This document shows positions 20,306 to 31,088 of a stretch of DNA of 64,000 nucleotides, piece by piece. Every line of letters begins with the position of its first letter. The stretch's first letter is position 1. The DNA lies in IMG/VR virus record IMGVR_UViG_3300028603_000018, positions 160,001 through 224,000 of that record. One strand, 5' to 3'. Source of the stretch: a virus (lineage: Duplodnaviria; Caudoviricetes). The notes under the pieces were generated by a model. The model was not told the DNA's origin. It saw only the letters and a program-made list of their open reading frames with translations, and did no database searches. Position numbers and translations under genes: made by a program.

Positions 20306-23300
20306 ATGAGTCTAACCAGACCTAAACCAGATCCGATGATTAAAACTAATCAACTCCATAGAGAATTGCTTAGTGTAAGTGGATTTGATTCTTTTGCTGC
20401 TCATGGAACCTCTCCAAGAAAGCAGATGTTTGCAACTCATTTAGGACAGTGTCTTGTAGTAAAACATTCCACAGAACGCAGTTATCAAACTGGTATGGAA
20501 AGAGCTTACGCTAAATATACATTTAGTATTAAAGCTCCTACCACAATGCATATCATCGCTATTGTTAACCGGTATCCAGAGATTCAAGGCGTAGACAAGA
20601 TTAAATTTAATCCCCAGTCTATTGTCGTCTACGAAGATCTTATTACTAGAACGATCTCAGCAATGGATGTACGTCGATTCAAAGCTAACCATCCTCACTT
20701 TGGCTTTGATTATGTTGCTAGACCAGCTTCTCAATTATTACGAGCTGGAGAGACTATTGAGAAAGATACTATCTTCTACGATAGTCCTTCTGTAACAGAA
20801 AATGGTGGATACAAGTATGGTGTAGAACTAAACATCCTTCATGCTACCTTACCAGCTACTTCTGAAGATGGTAGCATGATCTCTGAATCAGCTGCTAAGA
20901 AGTTCACCTACATGACGTTCGAAACTCGTGTAGCGGATTGTGGTGCTGATGAGATTCCTATCTTCTTATATGGTACGGATGAACAACCTAAGATTTGTCC
21001 AGATATCGGAGAGAAAGTCAGGGATGATGGTCTACTTTTTGTAACTAGAAAAGTCGATGATAACTTAGCCCCCTTTTACCAATCTAAACACGCACTTAGA
21101 AAATACTTTCCAAAGTTTGATACACCTATCTATGTACCACCAGGTGGGACAGTAATTGATATCCAAGTCCATCACGATCCTTTATGTAAGCAAGCTCGTG
21201 TACCAACTGGAATGGACGATCAGTTATTAAAGTATCAACGGTCTTTAATGAACTTCCATAAAGCAATTAAAGACATCTGGTCTAAGTACTTAAGAGAACG
21301 AGGTGAGGGATTAAAACTCTCTCCAGAGTTTGAACGCTTGGTTGTCGATGCAATTGCTTATACGGATGATAAAGCTAATGCACGTCCTCAACGACAATAC
21401 CGACTAGCTCGACTGGGTGATTGGCGTATTGAATTTACTGTTAGATACGAAAATGTACCTAGTGTAGGTAATAAGGCAACTGGTTGCTTCGGAGATTCTC
21501 ACATAGAGCCTGTTAACTATATTTAGGTATATAGTATAGGCCAATGAAATACTAGAAATTATTAACGATCTTTTTAATTTGCAGCGTTTGGCCTGTATTT
21601 TTCTAATTTAGGAGGTCAAATGACAAAGCAGTATAAATTAGTACCGGGATCAGAGTCAGTACGTTATGATGTAATAAATGACACTTATACTAGATTTAAT
21701 CCGAAAGAAGATGGGTTTGTAGAAAAAGGTTCCCGAATAACCTTTAACTACCATAACCGAACCATCACGGTAGATAGAGAATGGCTTCGTTTATTTACAA
21801 TCTTTGAAACAAAGCTTCCCGAGCAAGTTTGGATTCATGTAGAAAAAATTAGGTTCGTAGACTGCTATAATAAAGTACTTCGTTTACCCACCAATAAAAT
21901 AATGGTGTTGGACGAATGCTTTCACTATCATCCGTATTATCGTATTGTTCCAGGCTTTACTCATCTATTCATCAGTAAGAATGGTGTGGTAATTGATTGG
22001 ACTGATAACTTTAAACCCGTTTCTATTTTAGATGATCAGTATAAAAACTTAAACATCTATGATCCTGAACGAGGTTTTGTTAGATCAGTTCCACTACATC
22101 GCTTACTTGGTTTGGCTTGGATTAATAATGACAATTACCAAGAAAAGCCCATAATGAATCACATAGATGGAAATAAGTATAATAATCAGCTGAGTAATCT
22201 AGAATGGGTCTCTCATCAAGAAAATAACGTTCACGCTAGTGAGGTCGGGTTAAATACCGATTCTCTAGCATGTAAAGCTCGGGATGTAGTAAGTGGTGAG
22301 GTACAAACATTCAACAGTCTTGGTCAGTTATCTCGCGCTTTAGGTGTTGGAGCAGTTAATCTGGAGCGGTTAAATACCACCCGCCCAACTTCTTTAATTG
22401 GTGACCGATATGAAGTTCGTTTATTAGGTGATGACACGCCTTGGTTATTTGATACCGTAGACGATCTACCAAAGGTTAAAGGACGTTATCAAATCAATGT
22501 TACACATGCGAAGCAGGGTAAGTTAACTTTCCATGATGTTAGAACAGCGGTGTTTAATTTGAAATACCGTAAGACGTGGGGATGTGGTAATGTCAGGACT
22601 TTACAACAGTTCTTAGAAAAAGATCCGTATGTTCAGGATTTTGAGATTATTGATCATTATAAATACACAGCAACAGTTCAGGCGAAAAACGTAGATACAG
22701 GAGAAGTAGTGGAAGAACCTACCTTTACTTATCTTTCTAGACGTTTAAAGCTTCAACGTAGTGCTATTAAGAAAATCCTGAATTCGGGTCAGGTACAGTG
22801 TTATCATGGCTGGTTGATTCGTTTAACGAGTGAAGATCCTTGGCCGGAAGATTATCAGATACATGGTCAGAGACGTATTAGTGTGGTAGCTAAACACAAT
22901 AAGACAGGCCAATGTTTGAAATTTCCCACCCTAAGAGCTACTGCAAGGCACTTCGGGATAGATCGTAAAACCATTTCAGTTCGTATTAATAATAAAACGG
23001 ACTACGATGGCTGGTATTTTGAATTGGTTTAATTTACAGGTAAGAATTTATTTGGTCTCCCTAAATAGTGATATTTAGTAAAAAACCTCTCTAACTGCGG
23101 GAACATCCTAAAGTCTTAAATTACTTCTTACTCATGGAAACGTAGAGTAATGCCTCGACCAGTAATGGAAGTTCGAGGGACAGTAAAAACATTTAAGAAT
23201 ATATGGGTAACCGACGCAACAAAGCTCCTAAGTCTAGAGATATGGAGTGTGTTCAACGACTATCGACGTAGCGCCTAAGTAGGTAATCGAGGATTTTAAA

Positions 23301-24419
23301 GCGAAACGGGAGGCCCTCAACTAGCTTAAGTTGAGGTGAAGATATAGTCTGTTCCCCAAGGAAAGCTTGGGGCGGGTGTCGTAGCACACCGGATATGTAT
23401 GGAAACGATACATATTGGACAATAAGAAAGGTATTATCGTAACAGTAGTTCCAGATGAGAAAATGCCTGTTGATGATCGGGGTGTTCGAGTGGAATTTAT
23501 CACAGATCCTCTAGCTACAATTGCTCGGAGTACTTTAGGTCGAGTGATGGAACCCTTTCTAAATGCTGCTGGACAGAATATTGTTAGAGAGATAGCATTA
23601 GCTCTTAATCTGAAATGGGGAACTGTAGTAACGCCACAGTTACTAGAAACTAAGAACGTTAATGGGTTAGTCAGGAAGCAGTTTGAAAAACTCAAAGACT
23701 TCTATTATACGGTATCATCTGAAAAGATGGGTCCTTGGCATGAGAATCTAACAGATAAAGAACTCTATGAGCATCTGAGTTCTGTTATTACTCGAACCTT
23801 ACCTATTATGTATAAACCACCTTCTGATGAGAAAGAGATGGTGGATATTATCATGGAAATTAATGAGAAGTATCCTCCTTATGAATCTCATATCACTTAT
23901 GTAGGTAACTCTGGTAAGACCGTACGGTCTAAAGAAAAGTTTATTATCGGAAGAGCTTATGTTATTCTCTTAGATAAAACAGGAGATTCTGCTGCTGCTA
24001 TTGCCTCAGGTAAATTAGGTCACTTTGGTGTTCCTAGTCAAATTACTCGTCAAGATAAATACACGAGTCCTAATCGACGACAGCATACTCGTATCTTTGG
24101 TGAAGCAGAGATGCGAATCATTGCTTCGTATTGTCCGTCTTGGGTGGCTGCTGAAATCATTGATAGGAACTCCAATAAAGATAGCATGGGAGTTATTATT
24201 AACGGATTACTCACCACAGATAAACCAACTAATACTTTTGAGCTAATCAATAGAAAGGAGCATAAGTACAATGGTGGTAGACCTATTCAGATCGTACGAC
24301 ACTTAGCACTTACAGCAGGTTGGGGTTTCCAATATAAACCTTATCAGCCTCTTTGGATGAAAGGTAATAAAGTAAAAGATTTTGTACTAGAGAGCTTAGA
24401 CAAAACAGAAGCTGTTTAA
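20306..24419 (+). CDS. Non-virion RNA polymerase beta subunit (phiKZ gp71-73-like); exons 20306-21496 and 23427-24419
   Basis: SEDG, PDIGEKV motifs; splicing rebuilds GNKATGCFGD-KGIIV (the GDK...G.KG motif); MP..D.G and RIFGEAE in exon 2. Confidence 0.9.
21497..23426 (+). mobile_element. Group I intron 3 carrying an HNH homing endonuclease
   Basis: Follows U of GAT, ends GGACAATAAG; core at ~23055-23426: CTAACTGCGGGAAC, GTTCAACGACTA, AAGATATAGTCT, P3 CCTCTC/GGGAGG. Confidence 0.88.
21620..23032 (+). CDS. Intron-encoded HNH homing endonuclease
   Basis: LHRLLGLAW...NHIDGNKYNNQLSNLEWVSHQENNVHA HNH motif; NUMOD1-like helix-turn-helix repeats; SD AGGAGG. Confidence 0.9.
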   Translation: MTKQYKLVPGSESVRYDVINDTYTRFNPKEDGFVEKGSRITFNYHNRTITVDREWLRLFTIFETKLPEQVWIHVEKIRFVDCYNKVLRLPTNKIMVLDECFHYHPYYRIVPGFTHLFISKNGVVIDWTDNFKPVSILDDQYKNLNIYDPERGFVRSVPLHRLLGLAWINNDNYQEKPIMNHIDGNKYNNQLSNLEWVSHQENNVHASEVGLNTDSLACKARDVVSGEVQTFNSLGQLSRALGVGAVNLERLNTTRPTSLIGDRYEVRLLGDDTPWLFDTVDDLPKVKGRYQINVTHAKQGKLTFHDVRTAVFNLKYRKTWGCGNVRTLQQFLEKDPYVQDFEIIDHYKYTATVQAKNVDTGEVVEEPTFTYLSRRLKLQRSAIKKILNSGQVQCYHGWLIRLTSEDPWPEDYQIHGQRRISVVAKHNKTGQCLKFPTLRATARHFGIDRKTISVRINNKTDYDGWYFELV

Positions 24420-24465
24420 TCTCCGCGTGGGTTGTGTAAAAGCAACTCACGCGTTATAAAAGTTA

Positions 24466-26550
24466 ATGAGGGATTTAAACATAATGAGTGCTATAACACT
24501 AAAGGCTAGAAAGCTATTAGGTGTTCCTACAGAAGTATTATGGGAAACTCTGAACGGGGAATTCTATTTAGAGTTTGATGATGGTGTTATCTTAGCTGAC
24601 GAAGCTAGTACTATCTATAGTTCTTATATCTGGAAATTCATCAGTAAGTTCCCAGATATCCCATTTCTTAAAAAACATCATATCAACTCTCATCTTGGTA
24701 AGAGCCTATTGTCAGTTGAAGCCAACGGTAGACTTTTTGATAGTGTACTTTGGGATGTTTTTGATTGGGCTGTCTATGGAGTTGATCCAAGGAACGAAGA
24801 TCTTAAAAGTAGAGTTCCTGACCCCAGTACTGCTAAGCTTAACGTATTGGAGTTTAAAGAAGAGTTAGCTGAAACTGCTTGGGGGACATTAAATGAGATG
24901 TATAACGATCTAAGCGTTCGTTGTGAGCCTTGGGTCGTAGGCATTAGCATTAATGATCTTGTTGAAGTAACTCAACATAATCCAATTAAAGAAGTGTTAG
25001 AAGGTTTCTTACCTCCTGTACAGGAATCTTTGGATAAGATCTATGATACCCTAGATGAAGCACTCTTTAATGATCCGAAGCTAGAGAACAATATCCTTTC
25101 TCGTTTAGTTCGATCTGGTTTGATTAATAAGAACCAGTTACAGCAATGCGTAGGAGCACGAGGTTTTATTACTGATATTGACTCTAGTCTATTTAGACTT
25201 CCTATTCTTCGTAACTTAACTCAAGGTATTCGATCAGCTTATGATTCACAAATTGAATCTAGGAGTGCTGCTAAGTCACAAGCTTATTCAGAAGAACCTC
25301 TAGAGCAATCAGAATACTTCTCTCGTAGGCAGCAATTGATCTCACAGACACTGAAAAATCTAGTAGAAGGTGATTGTGGTGCGAAAGAAGGATTAGGTTG
25401 GAACGTTGGGGAGGATGACTTAAAGCATCTAGTAGGAAAGAACTATTACGATGATGAAGGAGTGCTTCGATATATTAAAAGCAGTGATAAACATCTTATT
25501 GGTAAGACAATTACTTTAAGATCTCCTTTTAAATGCCAAACCACGCATCCTACAGGCATTTGTAGTACGTGTATGGGTCAACTAGCACTCTCTGTATTTA
25601 GACTCTCTAACGTGGGTCAGGACACAGCTGTATCGATGCTCTCTGATGTAGGTCAGCGAGTATTGTCTGTAAAGCACTTGGATGGTTCAAGTGTTGTAGA
25701 TTCTCTTACAGTTGATCTAGAGACTCGTAAGTACATCAGAGTAGGTAAGGATGGGTCGAGTTATTATCTATCTCCTGATCTAAAGAATGCAAGTAGCATT
25801 GAGTTAGTCTTTAGTCCTTATACTGTTCCAGGCTTTACGGATATTAAACAATGTAAAGATACTAGTGATCTTTTCTTATCACGCGTCTCTAGGATGAATT
25901 CTTTAGGGATGATTGTTAAAGAAAGAAATCGAGTTATTGAAGTTGCTTTAGATGTCGGTTTAGCTAAACGTAAAGCTTCCCTTGCTTTTGATGTGATTAA
26001 TCTCATTAAAGAAAGAGGTTGGAAAGTTGTCCAGACTGAAGCTGGTGATACTGTCTATGTAGTTGATATTACTGGTCTAGATCAGAATACGAAGTTACTT
26101 ACAGTGCCATTACGTCACTTTAACATGGGTGATCAAGCAAAAGCTATTGCTGCTTTACTAGAGTCTAAAACTGGAGCAGTTAAAGAACGAGATGAAGACA
26201 CACCTATCTCGGAATTTATTGCTGAGCTATATGAGACAGTTAATAGCCGCCTCTCTGTTAACTTTGCGGTACTTGAAGTAATTACCTACAGTATCATGAT
26301 TGTCTCAGCTAAGGGTGAGGATTATTCATTACCAAAACCCTGGACACAATCTGGGTTAGGTGTTAAGGATAGGACCTTTAGACGCCGTAGTGCTTCTGTT
26401 GAGATGGCTTATCAAGGACAGCAGTTTGCTATTAAAGATCCAGTTAGGTATAACTATACTAATGTCATGGATCATCAAATGGATGTCTTTATTGATCCTC
26501 AGTCTGTTGTTGAGAGGGAAGCTAAGATGGAGAAAAATAACCAGCGATGA
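24466..26550 (+). CDS. Non-virion RNA polymerase beta' C-terminal subunit (phiKZ gp74-like)
   Basis: GARG, GDCG, LRSPFKC...GICSTCMG Zn site, QRVLSVKH trigger-loop-like motif. Confidence 0.88.
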   Translation: MRDLNIMSAITLKARKLLGVPTEVLWETLNGEFYLEFDDGVILADEASTIYSSYIWKFISKFPDIPFLKKHHINSHLGKSLLSVEANGRLFDSVLWDVFDWAVYGVDPRNEDLKSRVPDPSTAKLNVLEFKEELAETAWGTLNEMYNDLSVRCEPWVVGISINDLVEVTQHNPIKEVLEGFLPPVQESLDKIYDTLDEALFNDPKLENNILSRLVRSGLINKNQLQQCVGARGFITDIDSSLFRLPILRNLTQGIRSAYDSQIESRSAAKSQAYSEEPLEQSEYFSRRQQLISQTLKNLVEGDCGAKEGLGWNVGEDDLKHLVGKNYYDDEGVLRYIKSSDKHLIGKTITLRSPFKCQTTHPTGICSTCMGQLALSVFRLSNVGQDTAVSMLSDVGQRVLSVKHLDGSSVVDSLTVDLETRKYIRVGKDGSSYYLSPDLKNASSIELVFSPYTVPGFTDIKQCKDTSDLFLSRVSRMNSLGMIVKERNRVIEVALDVGLAKRKASLAFDVINLIKERGWKVVQTEAGDTVYVVDITGLDQNTKLLTVPLRHFNMGDQAKAIAALLESKTGAVKERDEDTPISEFIAELYETVNSRLSVNFAVLEVITYSIMIVSAKGEDYSLPKPWTQSGLGVKDRTFRRRSASVEMAYQGQQFAIKDPVRYNYTNVMDHQMDVFIDPQSVVEREAKMEKNNQR

Positions 26551-28079
26551 AATCCTTTAGAATCACTACAAGTAGTCATGGTTTTAAAGTAGATGGTATT
26601 TGTGACTCTAGAGCTACTGAAGCGATTCATGAATTTTTAAGAAGTTTGCTGCAATATGGTCTTATCAAAGTGGGAAGGCATTTCGTTAGAAAGCCAGTTA
26701 AGACCTTTGCAGCAAGTAATGCTTCTAGAAATTATTATCGATTCCACATCAATGACTTAAAAGCTTTCTTAAGTCATATGGCTGAATATGGTTTCAAAGA
26801 AAATAACTATACCATCATTAATACTCCACTTTATGAACCTAGGTATGTAGAACTCCCACTTAAACCCAAATGGAAAGCTAGGGAAAACCAAATCACAGCA
26901 ATTGATTATGTTGCTGATGAAACAAATGGACCTGCATGTAAACTCATCCCAGCTCAACCAGGGTTTGGGAAAGGTTTAATTTCCATGATGGGTATTTCTG
27001 CTGTAGGTGTCTTTGCTATTTATCTTCTACGTCCGATGTATATGGATAAATGGAGAGAAGAGTTAGAAGATACTTATGACATCGACCCTTCTGAAATCAT
27101 TACCATTCAAGGCAATGGTGAACTAAAGAAGATGTTAGACCAGCAGAAAAAGAAAGAGTTTTTTGGTAAAGTTGTTGTCATTAGTAATAAGACTTACCAA
27201 GCTTGGTTAAGTAAGTACGAAAAGTTAGGTCATAAGAAATTCTTAAAGCTCTACCCATGCACACCAGAGAATTTCTTTGAGTTTATGAAAGCAGGTTTTC
27301 GATTAATTGATGAAGGTCATCAAGACTTCCATCTAAATTGTAAAATCGACTATTATACAAACGTACCTAACTCTATTACTCTTACTGCTACACTAATTAC
27401 AAAAGACCCTTTTCTTAGGAAAAGGATGGATGTGCATTATCCTAAAGATAGGCAATGTAAAGTAGAGCAGATTAATAAGTACATTGATTCATCTGCTTAC
27501 TTCTACCAATTCAAACATCCTGAAAAAATAAGGACAACGGAATTTGGTAGTCCCAACTATTCTCACCTAGCTTTTGAGGCTTCTATCTTACAAAAACCTC
27601 AGATTAGAGATAATTACTTCGAAATGATTAAACTCTTAGTCGATGTAGATTTCTTTAAGATCAAAGAAGAAGGGGAGAAGTTTGTCGTCTTTTGTTCTAA
27701 GATTGACTTTAGTAGAGAGTTATGTGCTTATTTACGGAAAGTCTACCCAAGTGTAGATATTAGAACTTATGTTGAAGATGATCCTTACGAGAATCTAATT
27801 GACCCTGTAGGACGTGTGACGACTTATGGTTCAGCAGGTACAGCGCAAGACATCCCAATGTTAAGAACTAATATTAATACCATTGCAATGGATTCATTAG
27901 CGGGTAATATCCAAATCTTAGGTAGAACTCGTGTAATGAAAAGTGGTAATACGCCACGGTATGTTTATCTCGTAGCTGAAAACATTGATAAGCATATTAC
28001 TTATCATAATGGTAGGAAAACCATGTTAGAAGAACGCGCTCGTAGTTTTAGAGTTCGTTGGCATGATAAACCTATTTAA
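26547..28079 (+). CDS. SF2 helicase (phiKZ gp75-like)
   Basis: PGFGKG Walker A, IDEGH, TAT, QILGRTR motifs; ATGA overlap with the upstream gene. Confidence 0.85.
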   Translation: MKSFRITTSSHGFKVDGICDSRATEAIHEFLRSLLQYGLIKVGRHFVRKPVKTFAASNASRNYYRFHINDLKAFLSHMAEYGFKENNYTIINTPLYEPRYVELPLKPKWKARENQITAIDYVADETNGPACKLIPAQPGFGKGLISMMGISAVGVFAIYLLRPMYMDKWREELEDTYDIDPSEIITIQGNGELKKMLDQQKKKEFFGKVVVISNKTYQAWLSKYEKLGHKKFLKLYPCTPENFFEFMKAGFRLIDEGHQDFHLNCKIDYYTNVPNSITLTATLITKDPFLRKRMDVHYPKDRQCKVEQINKYIDSSAYFYQFKHPEKIRTTEFGSPNYSHLAFEASILQKPQIRDNYFEMIKLLVDVDFFKIKEEGEKFVVFCSKIDFSRELCAYLRKVYPSVDIRTYVEDDPYENLIDPVGRVTTYGSAGTAQDIPMLRTNINTIAMDSLAGNIQILGRTRVMKSGNTPRYVYLVAENIDKHITYHNGRKTMLEERARSFRVRWHDKPI

Positions 28080-28158
28080 ATGAAAGCATAATAGGAGATC
28101 CCAAAAGGATCTCCTATTTATGACTTGTTATTAATAAACATTGAAAAAGGTAAAATAA

Positions 28159-28449
28159 ATGACTAATGAATTTGTAGAAGTTCAATTTGACATCACCGGT
28201 CGTATTCGTCAGAAAGTAAGACTCACTGATCCCAATATGACATTGGTTGAATTTGAAACAGGTTTAAAAACCGGAGATATTCTCCCTTCTATCTGTTATG
28301 GTAGTACGGATAGTGAAAGCCATTACGTACAATTTAGAAAAGATGGAGAAGTCTCGGACTCTTTTGTAATTGTCATAGTAGGAGTTGTAGAAGCAACCGA
28401 TGTGGATTCTGATACGGAATACAGTCAGTTTGATGTCGAGGTTATCTAA
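28159..28449 (+). CDS. Hypothetical protein
   Basis: 96-aa ORF with AAAGG SD, flanked by hairpins at 28087-28122 and 28460-28492. Confidence 0.65.
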   Translation: MTNEFVEVQFDITGRIRQKVRLTDPNMTLVEFETGLKTGDILPSICYGSTDSESHYVQFRKDGEVSDSFVIVIVGVVEATDVDSDTEYSQFDVEVI

Positions 28450-28588
28450 TAATAGAGAAGCATTATAGGGATGACTCTAGTCTCCCTATAATACCACCTT
28501 TCTTTTTTTTATTTAAATAATTAAATATAACAATATTTGAACCTATGAACGAAGTTATATATTTTTATTTTAATAAGGTCAAAAAGAT

Positions 28589-29230
28589 ATGGCATTTACT
28601 ACTCAATTCTCTATTCATACTTCACCCTATCTTAATCCACTTGATGCAAAGAGACAGGCTTTTAGTGTAGAGGCAGATAATCGGAAAGAAGCTTTAAAAG
28701 AATCTCTTAATAAAATCATTGATGAGTTAGATGATGAAACAATCAAACAACCCAGCATCACTCTAAACATTATCTATGCAGAAGAGAATGATAAAGAAGA
28801 TTTCTACGTAGCTTATTTTGATTTTAAGAAAGACTCTTATCTAGATATTAAGAGTTCTATTCTTATTCCTCATACCTTCACTACATTAGCTCCTGAGGAA
28901 ATCATCTCTATTAAGTTTAAGAAGCTCTCTGTTAAACCAAGTGAACAATCATTATGGGTAGATGAAGAAGGTTCTATGTTCATCAGTAATTATCCTAATG
29001 TTTATTTTAATAGAAATGATCTTCCTGTAGAGAACTTTGACTATGACTTCAATGTCTATTATGATTTAGCCATGTTCAAAGGACTAACTAATGTTGAGTC
29101 TTACAATTATGAAGTACCTGTTCTCTATCAGAAGCGAGTAGATAAAGCCATTGCATTTACTACTCGTATTAAAGAAGCGGCTACTTTAGCCCAAGTACCT
29201 GAGAGTGTTATTAAAGAAGTGTTTGGTTAA
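28589..29230 (+). CDS. Hypothetical protein
   Basis: 213-aa ORF after a late-type TATG (28544); family hairpin at 29246-29284. Confidence 0.7.
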   Translation: MAFTTQFSIHTSPYLNPLDAKRQAFSVEADNRKEALKESLNKIIDELDDETIKQPSITLNIIYAEENDKEDFYVAYFDFKKDSYLDIKSSILIPHTFTTLAPEEIISIKFKKLSVKPSEQSLWVDEEGSMFISNYPNVYFNRNDLPVENFDYDFNVYYDLAMFKGLTNVESYNYEVPVLYQKRVDKAIAFTTRIKEAATLAQVPESVIKEVFG

Positions 29231-29429
29231 AAGGTATAAATAGAAGGCATAATTAGGAGTCCTTTAGGACTCCTCTTTTTGCCGTATTCTAGACTATTTT
29301 AAATCTATATCACTAACATGATAGAACTGGTCAAGCTGTCTTTCTTATATAAAGAGGTTAGGTCTGGATATTCGTGGTATCCAGACCTATGACCCACCTC
29401 TACACTTCTTTACTACAAAGGAGATAAAA

Positions 29430-29657
29430 ATGAATATACACTATTCAGGTTTACATAGTATTATACTAAAACCAAATGAAAAAACTAAAATCCCTGTTCA
29501 CATCATCACGTTAAGTAATTACAATGCGGATGAATTCTTAGATTATATTACAGATCAAATCCATCAAAACAATATATTGAATATTCATTACAATATTGAA
29601 AATCAAAGTACTGATCAACTGAGATACAAACCTCCTGCCTTTAGACAGAGGTGTTAA
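29430..29657 (+). CDS. Small early gene interrupted by the IS element; its last 13 residues derive from the IS left end
   Basis: Early motif at 29306, leader hairpin 29357-29394, SD AAGGAG; probable original C-terminus lies at 30980-31019. Confidence 0.6.
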   Translation: MNIHYSGLHSIILKPNEKTKIPVHIITLSNYNADEFLDYITDQIHQNNILNIHYNIENQSTDQLRYKPPAFRQRC

Positions 29658-30979
29658 TATAATTAGGACATTTAAATGACTACTATTACTAAAGGTTATA
29701 AGTTTAGGTTAGAACCTAACCAAACACAACGTGACCTCTTAGTGAGGTCATTTGGTCATACGAGATTTGTATGGAATGAACTTTTAGCTCAATCTAAGAT
29801 TCAATATGAGCTACACAAATTTAATGGGTTAGTAGATAAACCTAATTTGAATGAAATTGAATTAGTAAATAAGATTACTAATCTAAAACTCTTTCATCCG
29901 TGGTTAAGTGAAGTATCTAACGTAGCACTACAACAAAAGGTCCGAGACCTCGCTTCAGCTTATCGACATTGTTTTCGTAATCTCAAACAAGGTAAAATAG
30001 CTTTTCCTAAGTTTAAAAAGCGTAATAATCGTAATAGTTTTCGATTAACTAAAAATGGGTTTAGACTTAAAGATGGTGAACTCTATATCGCTAAGTGCGA
30101 CCAACCACTAAAAGTCAGGTGGTCTAGAGACTTGCCTTCTGAGCCTTCTAGTTGTACTATTAGTCAGGAACCCGATGGATCTTATTATGTCTCTTTTGTC
30201 TGTCAGGTAGATCCTAAACTTACGAATGGAGTAAAGCAAACAGGGATTGATTTAGGTCTTACAGATTTTGCAATATTGTCTGATGGAGGGCGGATAGCGA
30301 ATAATCGCTTTTTAGTTCAAGCCTTAAACCAGTTAAAACGCGCACAGAAAACACTGAGTCGTCGTAAAAAGGGTTCTAAGAACCGGAATAAAGCTAGAAT
30401 TAAAGTCGCTAAACTCTACCAGAAAGTCACGAATCAAAGAAATGACTTCTTACATAAACTCTCTCGTAAACTAGTGAACGAGAACCAAGTGCTAGTAGTA
30501 GAGAGTTTGAATGTGGGCGGGATGATTAAGAACCGTCATTTAGCTAGAGGTATTTCGGATGTTAGTTGGAGTAGGTTTATAGGTTATTTAACTTATAAAT
30601 CTAAAGAATCACATCACTGCTCTTTGTTAATGATGGACCCTTTTTATCCTTCGAGTAAACTCTGTGGAAGTTGTGGAGTGAAGTATGAGAATCTAAAACT
30701 TTCTGAACGTCAATGGACTTGTTTTAATTGTCATACTACTCATGACAGGGATCTCAATGCAGCTCGTAATATTCTAGCTAAAGGTTTAGAAACCTTTAAA
30801 AACCTATCTCCAGATTATAGCTGGCTGTCTATACCAGTTATATGTAATAGGTTTAATTAGTAGTAAATTTACCGTAGGGACTACGGGAGTTGGTCTAAAG
30901 ACCAACTAAGCTCATGGAGAGGCTGTAGTTTAACCTCAGTGAAGTGAGAACCCTCCTCGTTTACGGGGAGGAGGTTCAA
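29616..30979 (+). mobile_element. IS200/IS605-family TnpB-only (IS1341-like) element
   Basis: Left-end hairpin ACCTCCTGCC-TTTA-GACAGAGGT (29630-29652) after CTGAT; right-end hairpin CCCTCCTCG-TTTA-CGGGGAGG followed by TTCAA; no tnpA in window. Boundaries uncertain by a few nt. Confidence 0.75.
29676..30860 (+). CDS. tnpB: RNA-guided endonuclease TnpB
   Basis: N-terminal HTH (YKFRLEP...FGHTRFVWN), RuvC D (GIDLG), E (VVESL), D (DRDLNAARNI), Zn finger CGSC...CFNC; catalytic residues intact. Confidence 0.95.
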   Translation: MTTITKGYKFRLEPNQTQRDLLVRSFGHTRFVWNELLAQSKIQYELHKFNGLVDKPNLNEIELVNKITNLKLFHPWLSEVSNVALQQKVRDLASAYRHCFRNLKQGKIAFPKFKKRNNRNSFRLTKNGFRLKDGELYIAKCDQPLKVRWSRDLPSEPSSCTISQEPDGSYYVSFVCQVDPKLTNGVKQTGIDLGLTDFAILSDGGRIANNRFLVQALNQLKRAQKTLSRRKKGSKNRNKARIKVAKLYQKVTNQRNDFLHKLSRKLVNENQVLVVESLNVGGMIKNRHLARGISDVSWSRFIGYLTYKSKESHHCSLLMMDPFYPSSKLCGSCGVKYENLKLSERQWTCFNCHTTHDRDLNAARNILAKGLETFKNLSPDYSWLSIPVICNRFN

Positions 30980-31000
30980 TGGAACTGTCTTAGATATTGA
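30868..31000 (+). ncRNA. TnpB omegaRNA scaffold and guide
   Basis: ACCGTAGGGACTACGGG 5' stem, internal hairpins, right-end hairpin and TTCAA; guide begins ~30980 (TGGAACTGTCTTAGATATTG). Confidence 0.7.
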
Positions 31001-31088
31001 GATGTGTCAGAGTAGTTGAAAACAAGAAAAATAAAAGAGAGGGTCTAAACAGACTCTCTCTTTCAACACTTCTTTTTTTTTTTATTTA

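Noticed and set aside
23415-24419. Stand-alone 334-aa gene with TTG start
   Set aside because: It is exon 2 of nvRNAP beta; the start codon lies inside the intron.
29430-29657. 75-aa ORF as TnpA transposase
   Set aside because: Too short, no HUH/Y1 or serine recombinase motif, and mostly outside the left-end hairpin.
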